From NCBI GenBank assembly GCA_963799775.1, contig CAWCYD010000003.1, positions 416,001 through 480,000 of the forward strand: a DNA stretch of 64,000 bases, given 5' to 3'. This DNA is from an uncultured archaeon. Lineage in GTDB: Archaea > Thermoproteota > Nitrososphaeria > Nitrososphaerales > Gagatemarchaeaceae. Shown here piece after piece: positions 20,495-30,868 of this stretch. A program made the translations under genes and the position numbers. Each line of letters starts with the position of its first letter. The stretch's first letter is position 1. Under the pieces are notes generated by a model. That model made no database searches, had not been told where the DNA came from, and worked only from the letters and a program-made list of their open reading frames with translations.

Positions 20495-21670
20495 GTGCAG
20501 AAAACCTACTTTGCAGTCTTCGGTTCGGGGCTGGGCCACGCCACCCGCGTCTGCGACATCGCCGGAGTGCTCGAGGCAAAAGGCGGGACCATCCGCCTCT
20601 CCTCCTCCGGACAGGGTCTTCGATACATCCAAGCTCAGAGACCGAAGCTCGACGCGGTCGCGAGTCCCGAACTCGACGTCGAGTGGACCCAGGAAGGAAG
20701 CTTCTCCTCGCGGGACTTTTTGGTCCACTTTCCATTCATGCTACGCTCCTTCGTGAATCAGCTCGCCTTCGAGACCGAGAGCATCAAATCGTTCAATCCG
20801 GCGCTCGTCGTCTCCGACTCTAGGCTCTCCGCGGTCCTCGCGGCAAGACCTCTCTCCTATCCGGTCATCACCATGCTGAACCAGTTCAAGGTGACCTTGC
20901 CTCCTCGGTATGGGGGAGGCGCCGTCGGGCACCTCTTCGAGAGGATAGCAGGCGACGTCCTCGGGCTCTTGTGGTCCCTAAGCGAGCAAGTTCTCATGAC
21001 GGACCTGCCCCCTCCTTACACGATAGGAGAGGCGAACATAGCCGGCACCGATCTTTCCAGGATAGTGAAGTACGTCGGCTTCACCTCGCCCCCGGTCGAG
21101 GTGAGCGAGGAGAGGCTGCGCAAGGCCAAGACGTCGCTGGGGTTGGACGCGAGGCCCCTCGTCTTTGTCCAGATAAGCGGTCCAGATGCGACAAAGAAGC
21201 GCTTCATTGACGTGGTTCTCCAATCGGCGTCCGATCTCTCCAAGAGATACAACGTGGTCATCTCGATGGGGTACCTCTCCGGCAACGGCGAACCGCGGAG
21301 GCTTGCAGACGGGGCCATACTATACGACTGGTGTCCCATCAAGGACGAGCTCTTCGCCCTCTCAGAGGCGGTCGTCGCGCGCTCTGGCCACGGGACGATC
21401 GGCCAGTGCATCGACAGGCGAAAGCCCGCGGTGCTCGTCCCTATCCACAATCACTCGGAGCAGATCGGGAACGCTGAGAAATTCGAGAAGCTCGGCCTCG
21501 GGATCAGCCTCTCTCCCGGGGACCTGCGACCGGAGAGACTCACTGAAGCGGTCGATTCGTGCATCGACGAACCCCGGTTCAGAAAGAACCTCGACGCCGT
21601 TGGCGAGATCTCAGAGCGATACCGAGGGATCGAGGCCTGCGCGGATATCATCGGCTCCTACAGGAAATAG
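20495..21670 (+). CDS. GT-B glycosyltransferase (GT28 C-terminal/MJ1255-like)
   Basis: GSGLGHATR, RSGHGT, HSEQIGNA. Confidence 0.85.
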   Translation: MQKTYFAVFGSGLGHATRVCDIAGVLEAKGGTIRLSSSGQGLRYIQAQRPKLDAVASPELDVEWTQEGSFSSRDFLVHFPFMLRSFVNQLAFETESIKSFNPALVVSDSRLSAVLAARPLSYPVITMLNQFKVTLPPRYGGGAVGHLFERIAGDVLGLLWSLSEQVLMTDLPPPYTIGEANIAGTDLSRIVKYVGFTSPPVEVSEERLRKAKTSLGLDARPLVFVQISGPDATKKRFIDVVLQSASDLSKRYNVVISMGYLSGNGEPRRLADGAILYDWCPIKDELFALSEAVVARSGHGTIGQCIDRRKPAVLVPIHNHSEQIGNAEKFEKLGLGISLSPGDLRPERLTEAVDSCIDEPRFRKNLDAVGEISERYRGIEACADIIGSYRK

Positions 21671-21689
21671 CCTCCCGGCCCCGCTGGAG

Positions 21690-22394
21690 TCACGGTTGCT
21701 TCGAGATGAAAAGCTGAAACTCCTTGAGGGACTCGGCGGTCCCGATCTCGTAGAACCTCTCCTTCACTGAGAACGCGAGCAGCTCGTCCCTTTTGATCAG
21801 CTCTCCATAGAACTGCTCTTCATCGCATGGCTTGCCGGCGGGGATAAGCCCTAGGGCCTTCTTCCTGAGCGCAGACACGCCGAAGTTGATCCAGTCCAGA
21901 CCCTTCCCGCTTGCGCGCTTGTCGTATCTCACGACGCGAGCGTCCTTCACAACGAGGTCGCTCCTCCCGTGCTTGTTGTGGTTCTTGTAGACCGCCATCA
22001 CCGCGAGTCTACCAGAGTCTATGAGCCTGCGCATCAGGGCACCGTAGTCTGCCCTGAGGTAGGCGTCTCCATAGGTCACGAAGAAAGTCTCCTGCAGAAG
22101 CGGCTCCGCGCGCTTCAACGCTCCTGCCGCTCCTAACAGTCTGGGCCCATCGTAGCTGTACTCGATCTTGACGCCCCACCGGGAGCCGTCCCTGAAATGA
22201 GCCTCGACCATCTCTCCCAGGTGGCCGACGCACAAGACCAACTGGTCTACCCCACTCGCCTTCAACAGCCCGATCTCGAGCTCAAGGAACGGCCTGCCAT
22301 TCACCTCCACCATGCCCTTCGGGACGGCCTCCGTCATGGGCCTCAGCCTCGTGCCGAGCCCTCCGGCAAGGACAGCCGCCTGCATGCCTCTCAT
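21690..22394 (-). CDS. sugar-phosphate nucleotidyltransferase (HddC-like)
   Basis: LAGGLGTRL..T..VPK, YGDAY, FYEIGT; directly downstream of hddA. Confidence 0.85.
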   Translation of the reverse strand: MRGMQAAVLAGGLGTRLRPMTEAVPKGMVEVNGRPFLELEIGLLKASGVDQLVLCVGHLGEMVEAHFRDGSRWGVKIEYSYDGPRLLGAAGALKRAEPLLQETFFVTYGDAYLRADYGALMRRLIDSGRLAVMAVYKNHNKHGRSDLVVKDARVVRYDKRASGKGLDWINFGVSALRKKALGLIPAGKPCDEEQFYGELIKRDELLAFSVKERFYEIGTAESLKEFQLFISKQP

Positions 22395-22421
22395 GCCGCC
22401 TTGCTCTTGGGTGTCTCGAGA

Positions 22422-23404
22422 CTAGACGTTGTAGATGACCTTGCTCCCCTCAAAGTCGAACCTGAACCTCATCTCCGTCAGCCCGTGTTTGGAGAGGGCC
22501 GACCTCACTTTCTCCCTGCCTTCCTCGCAGAATACCATGAGGAATCCCCCTCCTCCGGCCCCAACCAGCTTGCCTCCCAGGGCGCCGTTCTTCCTCGCCG
22601 CAGAGTACCAGGAGTCCACCTTGTCCGTCGTCATCCCAGTAGTTATCCCTCGCTTCACCACCCAGTGCTCGTGCAGGAGCTCCCCAAACATCCGGAGATC
22701 CCCTGACTCGAGCGCTCTCATGCTCTTGAGGCCGATCTTCTTTATCGCGTGCATCCTCTCGACCGCGGAGTCGTCCCCCTTCGAGACCTTCGCTTGCTGC
22801 TTCCCGAGAATCTCCCCTGCCCTCCTCGTGATCCCTGTGTAAAACATCATTATCCCATATTCGAGGTCCGACAAAGTGTTCTCAGGAATCCTCAGCTCTC
22901 TCGCCTTCACCTTGCCCCGCGTGTCGATCTCGTAAGCGCGGATCCCGCCGAGGCTAGCCGTGTACTCGTCTTGCTTGCCCGAAGGCTCGCGCAGCCGGTT
23001 CATCGCGATGTCGCACGCGATCTCTGCGACCTCCTCCGGTGTCTTGACTATCCTTTGATGGGCGTAGAGCGCGTTGAGGAGCCCGACGGTGAAGCTCCCC
23101 GAGGAGCCCAACCCGGTCGCTGCTGGCACGTCCGCCAGTGAGACTATCTCGAGCTTGTCTCTGAGGTCGAGGAGTTTGAGCGCCTCCCTCACCAATGGAT
23201 GGCGTATCAGGTCTATCGAGTCGACGATCTCCGTCTGGCTGTAGCTGAGCCTGATCCCTGGTTCGAACCTGTTGTTCAGGACGATGTGCATGTACTTATC
23301 GACTGCGCCAGAGACGAAGAAGCCGCCATGCTTCGAGTAGTAGGCGGGAAGGTCAGTCCCACCGCCTCCGAGCGAGAGTCTAAAGGGGTCCTCGAGACGA
23401 TCAA
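22422..23404 (-). CDS. hddA: heptose-7-phosphate kinase, GHMP family (5' frameshift)
   Basis: RLSLGGGGTDLP, GLGSSGS, GKQDEY, GGKLVGAGGGGF. Confidence 0.85.
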
Positions 23405-23478
23405 GAAAAGCTGTGAGCTCTCCGACCCGAGCGTCTTTTTGGTCTATTTAACTAGTCTCGGGGAGTTGGTGACGAACC

Positions 23479-24090
23479 TCAGACGGATGGGCGCTTGACG
23501 AGCCTTCCGACGCTTGCCGCAATCGGTTCCCAATCGACCTTGTAGGTCACTATGCCTATGACGACGAAAGCAGCCGAGGCCACGATCGAGAGCTGGAGCC
23601 GAGAGAGCCCGAGCAGATTATGGGTGAGCTTCGATATCTCCAAGAGACCGCTCAGCTCTAAGAGTATCTCGAAAGCACTCTTCCCGAGCTTGGCGAGGAA
23701 AGTGACCCCCAGCATCGGCGCAAGGCGTCCACGGTTTGCCCCCGCACCGATGTAGACGTAGTCGTCGAAAGGCAGGGCCGGGAGCAGGGCAGTGATGAAC
23801 AGTCCCAGATAGAAACCGCTCTTCCCGATCCAAGTCCCGAGGAGCCTCACGTTCCTGTTCTTCACGAGCGTGCCTCGGAATCCTAGGGCTGTCGCGTAGA
23901 TCACTATCTTCCCGAGCGTGGCCCCCAGGGCGGTGACGAACACCACGATCGCGAAGTTCTCGATGGTCACGCCTGACGCTGAGAGCTCAGCCGTCCCAAT
24001 CAGCGTGTATGAGGCGCCGAAGAACGCCGTCGCGTTCGAGACGAACGAGAGCACGAAGAGCAGGAGCAACCTCAAGATTATTGATATCAA
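23479..24090 (-). CDS. DedA/VTT-like membrane protein
   Basis: GATLGK..IY, PFDDYVYIGAG. Confidence 0.7.
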   Translation of the reverse strand: MISIILRLLLLFVLSFVSNATAFFGASYTLIGTAELSASGVTIENFAIVVFVTALGATLGKIVIYATALGFRGTLVKNRNVRLLGTWIGKSGFYLGLFITALLPALPFDDYVYIGAGANRGRLAPMLGVTFLAKLGKSAFEILLELSGLLEISKLTHNLLGLSRLQLSIVASAAFVVIGIVTYKVDWEPIAASVGRLVKRPSV

Positions 24091-24226
24091 TCGAGATCTC
24101 TCTCGCTCTCAGGCCACCGGTCTGGCTGCCCCTTATAGAGTGGTGGGCTCTGCTGCCAACCTCGAGTGGGCAACAGGCTAAAATACGAACAATCTCGTCG
24201 ACCACATAGCGAACCCAGGCGGTCGA

Positions 24227-25738
24227 GTGCTTCTCTTGCAAGGTAAAGTCGTAGTCATAGGTCTCGATGCGGCAGACGCCAACCTCACGAGGCGCCTCAT
24301 GGGCGAAGGAAGGATGCCACGCCTTGCTTCAGTGAGGGATGAGGGACATCTCTCCAGCCTGAAATCCACCATCCCTCCGCAGACGGCACCTGCGTGGACC
24401 TCGATGACGACAGGGGTCAACCCGGGCAAGCACGGGATCTACTACTTCTACAACTTCTCGACCACTCCCATATCGATAGTCAACGCGTCGCACACGTCTA
24501 CCCCAAGAATCTGGGACTACGTCGGGGCGCTGGGGCAGAGGTCGGTGGTGGTGAACGTGCCGGTCACCTATCCCGCGCAGGAGATGGTAGGGTCGATGAT
24601 ATCCGGGATACCTCCGTGGTACTTTGACTCGAGGTCGGTCTATCCCTCGAAGCTTTTCGAGGACTTGAGGGCGCGTGACTACACGATAGAGACACCGATG
24701 AGCAGAGGTCTGGAGAGCAGACCCGACGAGCTGGTGGACCGGCTCGTCGCGACAGAGGAGAAGAGGGTCGATCTCTTCATCGATCTCCTCAAAAGAGACG
24801 AATGGTCTTTCGCGATGGTGGTCATCACGGCTCTCGACAGGGTCCAGCACAAGATAGTCGGGAAGGGAGAGGCAGCCGATTCTGCGCTCGCCCGCTGCTA
24901 TGGAGAGATCGACAGGCTAGCGGGGAATGTGATCGACTCCATCGGGAAGGACGTCAACTACCTCATAACCTCCGATCACGGGTTCAACGAGAGACCTCTC
25001 GCCTTCTACCCCAACTCCTGGCTGTACTCCCAAGGATTGTTGAGGCGCAAATCGTCGCTACGCTACCGCCTCACAAGGTTCGCGCACGATATCTTCGATG
25101 GCCACCTGCTCTGGCTGCCTCAGAGCATCACGAAACGCTTCCAGGGCGCGGCGACCTCTATCAACAGCATAGATGCGGTGGACCTTGGCTCCTCGAGGGC
25201 GTTCGTCCCCGGGACCGACGGGGTATTGATAACCAGATCAGAGCAAGACAGGAAGAGGATACTCTCCGGCCTCTCGGAGCTGAAGGACGAATCTGGAGTA
25301 CGGATATGCCAGGCATATCCAAGGGAAGAGGTCTACAGTGGAGACAAACTCTCTTCGGCGCCAGACGTCCTGATCGTGCCGAGGGACGACGTCAACATCT
25401 GCACCGACCCCTTCAGCCCGACCGTACTCTCGAGGTCTGGAGGCTCCAGCAAAGGCAACCATTCTTCGGAGGGAATCCTGATCGCCGCAGGTCCGGGAAT
25501 CAAAAAGTCCGGTGAGTTCGAGGCGTCGGTGGAGGACGTCGCCCCGACCTGCCTCGTCCTGTTGGGGATCCGTCCATCTTCGAACATGGATGGGCGACCC
25601 CTCCAAGAGATGCTGGTTGAGCCCGAGACCAAGTCCCTGACTTCGGCAGAGGTCGTGGGCGAGTCCCGAGCGTACGCCTTCTCTGAGAAAGAAGAAAAGC
25701 AAGTGATGGAGAACCTGAGGCGACTTGGCTACGCCTGA
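24227..25738 (+). CDS. alkaline-phosphatase-superfamily phosphodiesterase
   Basis: IGLDAA, STIPP.T.PAWTSMTTGVNPGKHG, DRVQH, SDHGF, RLGY. Confidence 0.9.
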   Translation: MLLLQGKVVVIGLDAADANLTRRLMGEGRMPRLASVRDEGHLSSLKSTIPPQTAPAWTSMTTGVNPGKHGIYYFYNFSTTPISIVNASHTSTPRIWDYVGALGQRSVVVNVPVTYPAQEMVGSMISGIPPWYFDSRSVYPSKLFEDLRARDYTIETPMSRGLESRPDELVDRLVATEEKRVDLFIDLLKRDEWSFAMVVITALDRVQHKIVGKGEAADSALARCYGEIDRLAGNVIDSIGKDVNYLITSDHGFNERPLAFYPNSWLYSQGLLRRKSSLRYRLTRFAHDIFDGHLLWLPQSITKRFQGAATSINSIDAVDLGSSRAFVPGTDGVLITRSEQDRKRILSGLSELKDESGVRICQAYPREEVYSGDKLSSAPDVLIVPRDDVNICTDPFSPTVLSRSGGSSKGNHSSEGILIAAGPGIKKSGEFEASVEDVAPTCLVLLGIRPSSNMDGRPLQEMLVEPETKSLTSAEVVGESRAYAFSEKEEKQVMENLRRLGYA

Positions 25739-27293
25739 CCGGGCTCCCACGGAGCTTCTTTCCCAGCCGGCGCAGGAGAGCCCGGTCGCCTCCGAGCGGG
25801 AGAGACACATAGCGACGGGTATCCGCTCCCTGACAATCCAGAACGGCGTCACAAGCGTCCTCGGCTTTGTCTTCTTGGCGCTGCTTCTCCGCCTTCTCTC
25901 GCCAACGGAGTACGGGCTCTATTCGGCTGCTCTCCTCGTGACGACGATCGGCTCCTCGATCGCCTCGTTCGGCCTACCCTTCGCAGCGACCAGGTTCGTC
26001 GCGTACCTCTCGCGAGATGCTCGCCAGCTGAGCGTCGCGTCGAGGTCGATAGTCGTCCTCTCGATCGCTTTCTCGACCATCGCAACGATGGTCTTCGTCG
26101 CCCTCTCGCCCTCTATCTCGATGTACTTCACAAAGGACACGGACTCCGCGTGGATCTTCGCTGCCTCGGGCGCGTGGCTCTTCTCTAACACCATCTCGAG
26201 CATATTCCAGGGGCTTGTCCAAGGGATGAGGAGGTACGAGTCTCTCGCAAAGATCCTAATCGTCTCCAACATCGCGATCGTCGCCGTCACCGTGCTCGGG
26301 CTGCTGGAGTTCGACAGTGTAATCGTCCCCATAGTCGCCTGGGTCGTCTATGGTGCCGCCATCACGGCCTGCTCGCTTGCGGTGACCCGAAGGCCGCTCC
26401 TCGCAGCCCGTCCCACCGAGGGCGCGGGCAAGGTGGTGAACCAGGTGCTCAGGTATTCGCTGCCCCTCGGCATCGCGGGGATAGTGACCGTCGCGACGGG
26501 TGCCGCCGACCCGATAGTGGTCGGAGGATTCCTCCCGGCAGCTCAGCTCGGAGCGTACTACGCTGCGATCGCAATCTCGGGTGGGCTTGGAGTGGTCTTG
26601 TTCACCCCTCTCAACACAGCCTTCTTCCCGGAGAGCTCCCGTTACGCAGACGACCCGACGAGGCTCTCCAAAGGCGTGAGGCTGGCGTTCAGGTACACAT
26701 CCCTGGCGCTGATCCCCGTCTCATTCGCCCTCGTGGGGCTCTCTACACAGATGATCAAGCTCTTCGCCGGGGAGAACCCGAGCTACCTAGTCGCGAACCC
26801 TTCGCTACAGGTGATGTCGGGCCTTTTCCTCTTCGTGGCCATGCAGGGCATCCTCACATCCCTCCTCCTCTCGCTGGGGAAGACAACCCAGGTGATGGTG
26901 ATAGGCATAGTGACGGTCTCCTTGGACCTCGCGCTCTCTCTTCTCTTGGTACCCAATTTCGGCCTTCTGGGCGCGGCGACGAGCAGGAGCCTGGTGGACA
27001 TCGCGGGCTTCTTGATGGCGCTAGGGTTGACGAAGAACTACCTCGCGGGAGTGGTCGACCTTGCGTTCCACGTGAAGATCTTCACCGCTTCGGGGATCAT
27101 GCTCGCCGTGCTCCAATCGCTCTCCAAGTTCGTCTCCCACCGTCCCTTGACGCTCCTGCCGTATGCCCTGATAGGGGTAGCAGTGCTCCTCGTCTCAGCC
27201 AAAGCTTTGCACATCTTGACGGAACAGGACAAGCGTTACCTCGAACACTTCATGCCTCCAGGCATGGGCAAGCTGATGCGCTGGCTTCTATGA
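25725..27293 (+). CDS. Wzx/MOP oligosaccharide flippase
   Basis: Many TM helices, LSPTEYGLY, GAYYAA, GLLGAA. Confidence 0.88.
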   Translation: MATPDRAPTELLSQPAQESPVASERERHIATGIRSLTIQNGVTSVLGFVFLALLLRLLSPTEYGLYSAALLVTTIGSSIASFGLPFAATRFVAYLSRDARQLSVASRSIVVLSIAFSTIATMVFVALSPSISMYFTKDTDSAWIFAASGAWLFSNTISSIFQGLVQGMRRYESLAKILIVSNIAIVAVTVLGLLEFDSVIVPIVAWVVYGAAITACSLAVTRRPLLAARPTEGAGKVVNQVLRYSLPLGIAGIVTVATGAADPIVVGGFLPAAQLGAYYAAIAISGGLGVVLFTPLNTAFFPESSRYADDPTRLSKGVRLAFRYTSLALIPVSFALVGLSTQMIKLFAGENPSYLVANPSLQVMSGLFLFVAMQGILTSLLLSLGKTTQVMVIGIVTVSLDLALSLLLVPNFGLLGAATSRSLVDIAGFLMALGLTKNYLAGVVDLAFHVKIFTASGIMLAVLQSLSKFVSHRPLTLLPYALIGVAVLLVSAKALHILTEQDKRYLEHFMPPGMGKLMRWLL

Positions 27294-27365
27294 TGGCGAG
27301 ACCGAACGCGGCCTGCAAACGCGACAGACAAACTTAAAGCGAATACAGAGCGAAAGTTCGACGAC

Positions 27366-27986
27366 TTGGCGCGAACGGACGAATATCTCAACGAGGTCTC
27401 CCAGATCGCCGACGACCTCGACCGCGAGGAGATCGACAAGGCGATAGGAATCCTCTACGAGGCGTGGAAGAGCGGTAGTCAGGTGTTCACCATGGGGAAT
27501 GGAGGGTCGGCCTCGACGTCGACGCATCTTGCCTGCGACCTAAACAAATGGGTCTCCGACGAGGCAGAAACAAAGTTCCGCGCGTTCGCATTGGTGGACA
27601 ACATCCCCCTTGTCAGCGCCCTGACGAACGACAACGGATGGGGCGACATCTACTACGAGCAGCTAAGGAACTTCTTCAGAAAGGGGGACGTCGTGGTCGC
27701 GATCAGCGTGCACGGAGGGTCCGGGAGCGACAAAGCGGGGCCCTGGTCACAGAACTTGCTGAAAGCGGTGAAGTATGCGAAGGACAACGGGGGGAGGGTC
27801 GTCGGACTGGCCGGCTTTGACGGAGGCATGCTCAAGAAGGTCTCGGACGCGTGCATCGTCGTCCCTGCCGAGTCGACGCCTCACGTGGAGGGGATGCATC
27901 TGGTCCTCACGCACCTGATGTGCGAGCAGCTACGCGGCATGATCTCGGCGAAGAACCAAAGGAAGAAGCGAGCCTCCAAATACTGA
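27366..27986 (+). CDS. gmhA: sedoheptulose-7-phosphate isomerase (SIS)
   Basis: GNGGSAS..THLACD, ALTND, GFDGG, VEGMH. Confidence 0.88.
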   Translation: MARTDEYLNEVSQIADDLDREEIDKAIGILYEAWKSGSQVFTMGNGGSASTSTHLACDLNKWVSDEAETKFRAFALVDNIPLVSALTNDNGWGDIYYEQLRNFFRKGDVVVAISVHGGSGSDKAGPWSQNLLKAVKYAKDNGGRVVGLAGFDGGMLKKVSDACIVVPAESTPHVEGMHLVLTHLMCEQLRGMISAKNQRKKRASKY

Positions 27987-28006
27987 CGGCGGCCTCGTAG
28001 AGGATC

Positions 28007-28642
28007 TCACGAAGATTTCGTTCTTCGCCTCGTTTTCGCCTCGCTCGCCTCGACCTGTCTCCGCAGAAGCTCGGGGCCATGCCTCAGCGAAGGCGCGATG
28101 AAATCGGGCTGGGCATCTTCGACGTCGATCATCCTTGTGAGAAACGTCGTCACGTGCCCGAGCAGTATCGTCTTGCAGCCTGCAGCTCTGCCTGCCTTGA
28201 CGTCGACGAGCGCATCTCCGACATAATATGATCGGCTCAATTCGATCGAATTCTCCCGAGCGGCACGAAGGATTAGCCCCGGCTTCGGCTTCCTGCAGTC
28301 GCAGTCCAACTTGTACTTCGCCACAAGCGCGTCAGGGTGGTGCAGGCAGTAGTATTCAGCGTCGAGGGCGCACCCTTGTTTCGCCAGGTCGTCCCGGATC
28401 AGCGAGTTCATCCTCTCGTACTCGGCGAAGCTCAGCTGGAGTTTCGCTACCCCGGGCTGATTAGAGACTAAAATGGCCTTGAATCCCAGCTTCTGGATGT
28501 TTCTTATCGCTTCGCCACAGTAAGGGAACACTCTGAGCTGTTTTGCCGAAAGGGGACTCGCTATGCGCTCTTCTTGCGAATCGTACTCCAGGTCGTTCAG
28601 AACCCCGTCCCTATCGAGGAACACCGCTCTATTCTGGCTCAT
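28007..28642 (-). CDS. gmhB: heptose-bisphosphate phosphatase (HAD IIIA)
   Basis: FLDRDGVLN, SNQPG, CLHHP, CDCRKPKPG, VGD. Confidence 0.9.
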   Translation of the reverse strand: MSQNRAVFLDRDGVLNDLEYDSQEERIASPLSAKQLRVFPYCGEAIRNIQKLGFKAILVSNQPGVAKLQLSFAEYERMNSLIRDDLAKQGCALDAEYYCLHHPDALVAKYKLDCDCRKPKPGLILRAARENSIELSRSYYVGDALVDVKAGRAAGCKTILLGHVTTFLTRMIDVEDAQPDFIAPSLRHGPELLRRQVEASEAKTRRRTKSS

Positions 28643-28707
28643 CTTGTTCTTGCCGCATACCCCGGTCCTAGCAGTCTGGGCCACTTTCGGCGGAGCGAGT
28701 TTATCAC

Positions 28708-28963
28708 ATGCGAGCGATGAAAAGCCACGTGCTTCAGCCGTGGGATGAAAGCGAGCCGTGGGCGCTTAAGTATTGCGACCACAATATGATCAATGTGCGA
28801 TCCGCACATGTAGGGCAGGACATGCCCGAACTAAAGCCTGTGGAGACTAGGGCCTCTGCCCGTCGCGACAACGCGAGGGGCAAGCCAGGTCGAGGAAGCA
28901 GGAACTATACGCGCTGCAACAGGCGCTGAAAGCCCACGGATTCCATTCGTGGGAGGATGTCAC
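28708..28963 (+). mobile_element. protein-less IS200/IS605 mini-element
   Basis: Left hairpin CCACG-N9-CGTGG, right hairpin CCCACG-N9-CGTGGG, ends GGATGTCAC; preceded by TCAC (28704-28707); no tnpA or tnpB. Confidence 0.8.
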
Positions 28964-28980
28964 GCCTTTCGCCCTCCTCA
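28790..28980 (+). ncRNA. putative stand-alone omega-RNA, guide GCCTTTCGCCCTCCTCA
   Basis: GTAGGGCAGGACATGCCCGAA..GCCTGTGGAG..GAAGCAGGAA resembles archaeal tnpB 3'/right-end sequence; TATA-like CTTAAGTA at about 28765; boundaries approximate. Confidence 0.65.
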
Positions 28981-29028
28981 GCAAGTCTTATACCTTGCCC
29001 TGCGAAGCCTCGCCAAGGCGAACGAGCT

Positions 29029-29814
29029 TTGGTTCAGTTCTTTCTCGACACTGCCTCACTTGACGAGATAGAGGAATTCGCACGCCAGGGGATTGCCGAC
29101 GGCGTCACGACCAACCAGAAGATACTCCTCTCCGAGGGGAAGGTCGACTTCAAGCGCCGTATACTGGACATCTGCGCACTGGTCGACGGCCCCATAAGCG
29201 TCGAGACGACGAAGAGGACCGTAACCGACCTTGTCGCGGAGGGTCGGGAATACGCCTCCTGGCACAAGAACATCGTGGTCAAGGTCGCGATGCACGGAGA
29301 CGGAAGGGGATTGCAGGTCGTCCATCAGCTGGCGAGGGAGCGGATCAAGACCAACATGACCGTGATGATGACTTTCAACCAGCTCGTTCTCGCTGCCAAG
29401 GCTGGAGCTAGCTACGTGTCACTCTTCTACAACAGGTCGATCGAAGCGAGGGAGAACCCTCTGCAGATCATCAGGGACTACGCTGCGCTCACCAAGGAGA
29501 ACGGGGCGTCTGCCAGGCTGATAGTCGGGAGCATCAGGAAGCCAGAAGACGTGGAGCTGGCGGTCGCCGCTGGTGCCCACATAGTCACGGTCCCCTCGAA
29601 GATACTGAAGCTGATGGCCTACAACAAGAGGACGGAGGAGACCATCGATGAGTTCGACAAGGCCTGGGACGAGTTCTTGGCGATAAGCAAGGGCGAGGTG
29701 GTCAAGGCAAAGGCCAACGGAGAGCGCCCCCAAAAGGGAAGGCTGCCTGACGCGCCATTTATCTCCAACCCGGCTCTCGCGGCGAGCCGACAATCGTCAA
29801 AAGATGGCGCATAG
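29029..29814 (+). CDS. tal: transaldolase / fructose-6-phosphate aldolase family
   Basis: FFLDTA, DGVTTNQ, GPISVE, NIVVKV, AKAGASYVS, GSIR. Confidence 0.9.
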   Translation: MVQFFLDTASLDEIEEFARQGIADGVTTNQKILLSEGKVDFKRRILDICALVDGPISVETTKRTVTDLVAEGREYASWHKNIVVKVAMHGDGRGLQVVHQLARERIKTNMTVMMTFNQLVLAAKAGASYVSLFYNRSIEARENPLQIIRDYAALTKENGASARLIVGSIRKPEDVELAVAAGAHIVTVPSKILKLMAYNKRTEETIDEFDKAWDEFLAISKGEVVKAKANGERPQKGRLPDAPFISNPALAASRQSSKDGA

Positions 29815-29903
29815 CTGCCGAACGAGCAGACGCGAAACGTGCACTGTGTTCGGCCGCCAGAAGCTTCCGGGGCGCTTGAGAACCTCGCTTGCGTGAGATG
29901 CAG

Positions 29904-30854
29904 ATGAGAAAGGCGCTTGTCACGGGAGGGCTGGGGTTCATCGGAAGTCATCTCGTGGACAGGCTGCTCGACGACGGCTGGAGCGTGGTGGTCCTCGACA
30001 GCCTGCTGACAGGACAGCGCTCCAACGTGGCTCAGCACAAGGGCAATCCCGAGCTCAGGATCGTGGAGGGAGACATCAGGAAGCTCGAGACGGTCCGGGA
30101 GGCCTCCCGGGGTTGCGACGCCGTCTTTCACCTAGCGGCCCACGCCCTGATGCGAGTGAGCCTCAAAGACCACCGCGCTGACCTTGACCACAACATCGTG
30201 GGAACGCTCAACGTGCTCGAGAGCATGCTCGCCAACAAGGTCCCTGACTTTGTCTTCGCTTCCACCTCCGCGCTCTATGGCGAGGCGGAGGTCACGCCGA
30301 CCCCGGAGACCTACTCGGGGGTCCAGACCTCGCTCTATGGGGCCGCGAAGCTCGCAGGCGAAGGCTATGCCTCCGCCTTCTCTGAGTTCAGCCCCATCAA
30401 GGTCTGGGCCTACCGGTTCGGGACCGTCCTGGGCGAGCGGTGCAGGAGGGGCGCGATATGGGACTTTACACGGAAACTGATGGAAGACCCGAAGAGGCTC
30501 GAGATCCTCGGGAACGGCAGGCAGAGCAAGGACTACCTCTACGTCAAAGACTGCGTGGGCGGCATCATGCTGGGCTACGCGAAGAGCAAGAACAAGGTCC
30601 ACATCTTCAACCTGGGGCTTCAAGAACAGACGACGGTGGACGAGCTGGCGACGATCGTGATAGAGGAGATGGGACTCAAGGGAGTGAAGAGAGCCTACAC
30701 TGGCGGAGTCCGGGGCTGGATCGGTGACAACCCGACCGTATTCCTTTCCACCAAGAGGATCAGGAACCTCGGATGGAAACCGAAGACCTCGCCCGCAGAT
30801 TCCATAAGGCTGACAGCCAAGTGGACGATCGGCGAACTAGGCGGACGCAAGTAA
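29904..30854 (+). CDS. NAD-dependent epimerase/dehydratase
   Basis: TGGLGFIGSH, YGAAK. Confidence 0.92.
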   Translation: MRKALVTGGLGFIGSHLVDRLLDDGWSVVVLDSLLTGQRSNVAQHKGNPELRIVEGDIRKLETVREASRGCDAVFHLAAHALMRVSLKDHRADLDHNIVGTLNVLESMLANKVPDFVFASTSALYGEAEVTPTPETYSGVQTSLYGAAKLAGEGYASAFSEFSPIKVWAYRFGTVLGERCRRGAIWDFTRKLMEDPKRLEILGNGRQSKDYLYVKDCVGGIMLGYAKSKNKVHIFNLGLQEQTTVDELATIVIEEMGLKGVKRAYTGGVRGWIGDNPTVFLSTKRIRNLGWKPKTSPADSIRLTAKWTIGELGGRK

Positions 30855-30868
30855 CCTCCCGGTGAGAT

